Of a DNA stretch of 64,000 nucleotides, positions 62,458 to 64,000 are shown piece after piece. Each line of letters begins with the position of its first letter. Position 1 is the first letter of the stretch. The stretch spans positions 100,194,001-100,258,000 of the forward strand of contig CM052816.1 of the NCBI GenBank assembly GCA_028534125.1, in the 5' to 3' direction. The position numbers and the translations under genes are program-made. The notes beneath the pieces were generated by a model. The model searched no databases, had not been told where the DNA came from, and was given only the letters and a program-made list of their open reading frames with translations. The DNA comes from Lama glama. Lineage: Eukaryota.

Positions 62458-62739
62458 ATTGCATCGCCACCTGCTCTTCTCCCATGAAGCGCCTTCAGGG
62501 GGAGAAGGGCCCGCTGAGGGTCTCCGTTGTCCAGGCCACCGTGGGGGCCGCAGAGTGCTCTGGCGGGGTCCAGCCTCTCCCCGCCCACCCTGGAAGCTCC
62601 CTGCCCCTTCTCCCGTCCTCTGACATCCTCTCCTGTGTATCCTTGGTTACAGTCATGGAGACCAGCCGGGTGCCCAGCGGCCCACCGTCCCTCAGTGCAC
62701 AGACACACAGACACACAGTCTGGATGCATCTGACCTCTG

Positions 62740-63010
62740 ACTCCTGTCCTTAGATGACCCGCTGTCCTCTCACTGCTCCATGTATTGCCAGTCCACCAAC
62801 GCAGCCTTTACCCAGCCCTTTACTCTGAATGCTTTCATGCTGTTTTGTAACACTTTATTGCTTGCTATGTTCTGCCCTGCTCACCCTGTGAATTAGAATC
62901 CCTTTGAATGTGGGAATTCATTTTGAGACCCAGTCTCCAATTATTATTATTTAGGCTCAAATGTCACCACACTGATGAATAATAGGGGACAAGTGTGCCG
63001 CTGAACACGA
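62740..63010 (+). mobile_element. Probable LINE-2 3' fragment
   Basis: 'tttattgcttgctatgttctgccc...attagaatccctttgaatgtgggaattc' resembles the L2 3' end; heavily diverged. Confidence 0.35.
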
Positions 63011-64000
63011 AGCGCTCTGTTCAGCCTTCTGCAGGTCATGCGCCCTTTTACTAAAGCGTCACGTCTCCTGTTAAACCCGCACCTCCTCTGCGTTGCCTGT
63101 GGGTTGACAGCCTGCAGACGCAGACTTGTATACGTGTGATCATGTTTTCAAATCCACGAATCTTCTATATCCTTCTTCGTTGTATTATTTCAGACCATCT
63201 TTTTACAGTGTGGCAGTACAGTTTTGATTTCTTATCTGAGTTTCTAAAAGGACAGAGGCTACCCAAATTTGAGAACAATTGCAAAGAGGAACCTCGTGAC
63301 CCGTTCCCTCTCCGCCTGGTTCCATGTGCAGGTAAAGACCGAGCAACAGGATGTCCAGGTGGAACCACCGGTACCCGGCAGGGCCGAGGAGGGCAGGTCC
63401 AGTGGACCACGGCTGACGTCTAAGTGCCCCTCGGTATGAGCTGTCCAGGTGCTCCTCCGGGCAGGTCTGCCTAAGGAGCAGAAGCAGAACTTTTAGGCTG
63501 ATCAAAGGTTTAGCCTGACTGTGTGGAAACAGGTAACTTTGATCATGTTCCTACGTCAGGCGATAAAAAAAGCAAAAATACCCAAGTGTAGGGTAGGCTT
63601 TCGGTGGTCAGGACAGGGGCTGTAGACACACACAGGAGATCCAGGGAGCTCCTGGTTGGCAGGGCCCCCCCAGAGCCGTCGCCCCTTCCCTGTGCGCTAA
63701 TGTTCAGGAGATACCGAGGGAGGGGACGTGCCAGTCAGTGCATCACGGATTTCGGAAGTGCTCAGGTCGGTGAGCTGGGACAGTTACTCACCTCCTGTGA
63801 CGACGGCCGGGACGGGACACAGAAGTGCCACCTCCCCAGGAAGGCCCCCTCGGCCCTTCCTCCCAGCCTTGGTCCCACTCCGCCTCCTGCCCCTGACTTC
63901 TGTCACCGTCAGCTCTTCCGTCTGCTCTGGACGCCACCTGTCCTGAACTGAACTGGCTTCCCTCTCTCGGGGGAGCCTTCCAAGAGTCTTCCTCAGGGCA

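Noticed and set aside
1..64000. Hundreds of 60-256 aa ORFs in the six-frame track, e.g. 34166-34936, 29100-29813 and 25762-26493
   Set aside because: They overlap in all frames, are rich in Pro/Gly/Arg/Ala, often start at GTG/TTG and show no recognisable domain, as expected by chance in GC-rich mammalian DNA.

Overview
Mammalian non-coding genomic DNA, most likely from a camelid (Camelus/Vicugna/Lama): three copies of a tRNA-Ala-derived SINE resemble the camelid vic-1 type, and several LINE-1 3' ends are cetartiodactyl-type. The window is GC-rich and CpG-rich, like a subtelomeric region. I recognise no host protein-coding exon, RNA gene, CRISPR array or prokaryotic system. The only recognisable protein fragments in the ORF track are decayed LINE-1 ORF2 C-termini; the other ORFs look like chance open frames. 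The window holds old interspersed repeats (L1M, L2, MIR, MER20, MLT1), younger L1 and SINE copies (some with target-site duplications), a solo ERV-type LTR, two minisatellites and a CpG-island-like block near 27.9-31.1 kb. Several sharply AT-rich, repeat-free islands dense in homeodomain motifs look like conserved enhancers of a developmental-gene desert or large intron. The most notable unexplained structures are: a ~265 bp inverted duplication (2927-3188 vs 10469-10738) that cuts through a MER20 and may mark an inversion; a 32-bp-arm palindrome with mirrored octamer and CCAAT motifs (6410-6495); an exact 23-mer shared by an old L1 and a putative enhancer; and a 15-bp minisatellite reading as elastin-like (VPGGG)n with mostly synonymous variation. 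I found no convincing evidence of a novel multi-gene system. Repeat family names come from recalled consensus similarity, not a database search, and boundaries are approximate.
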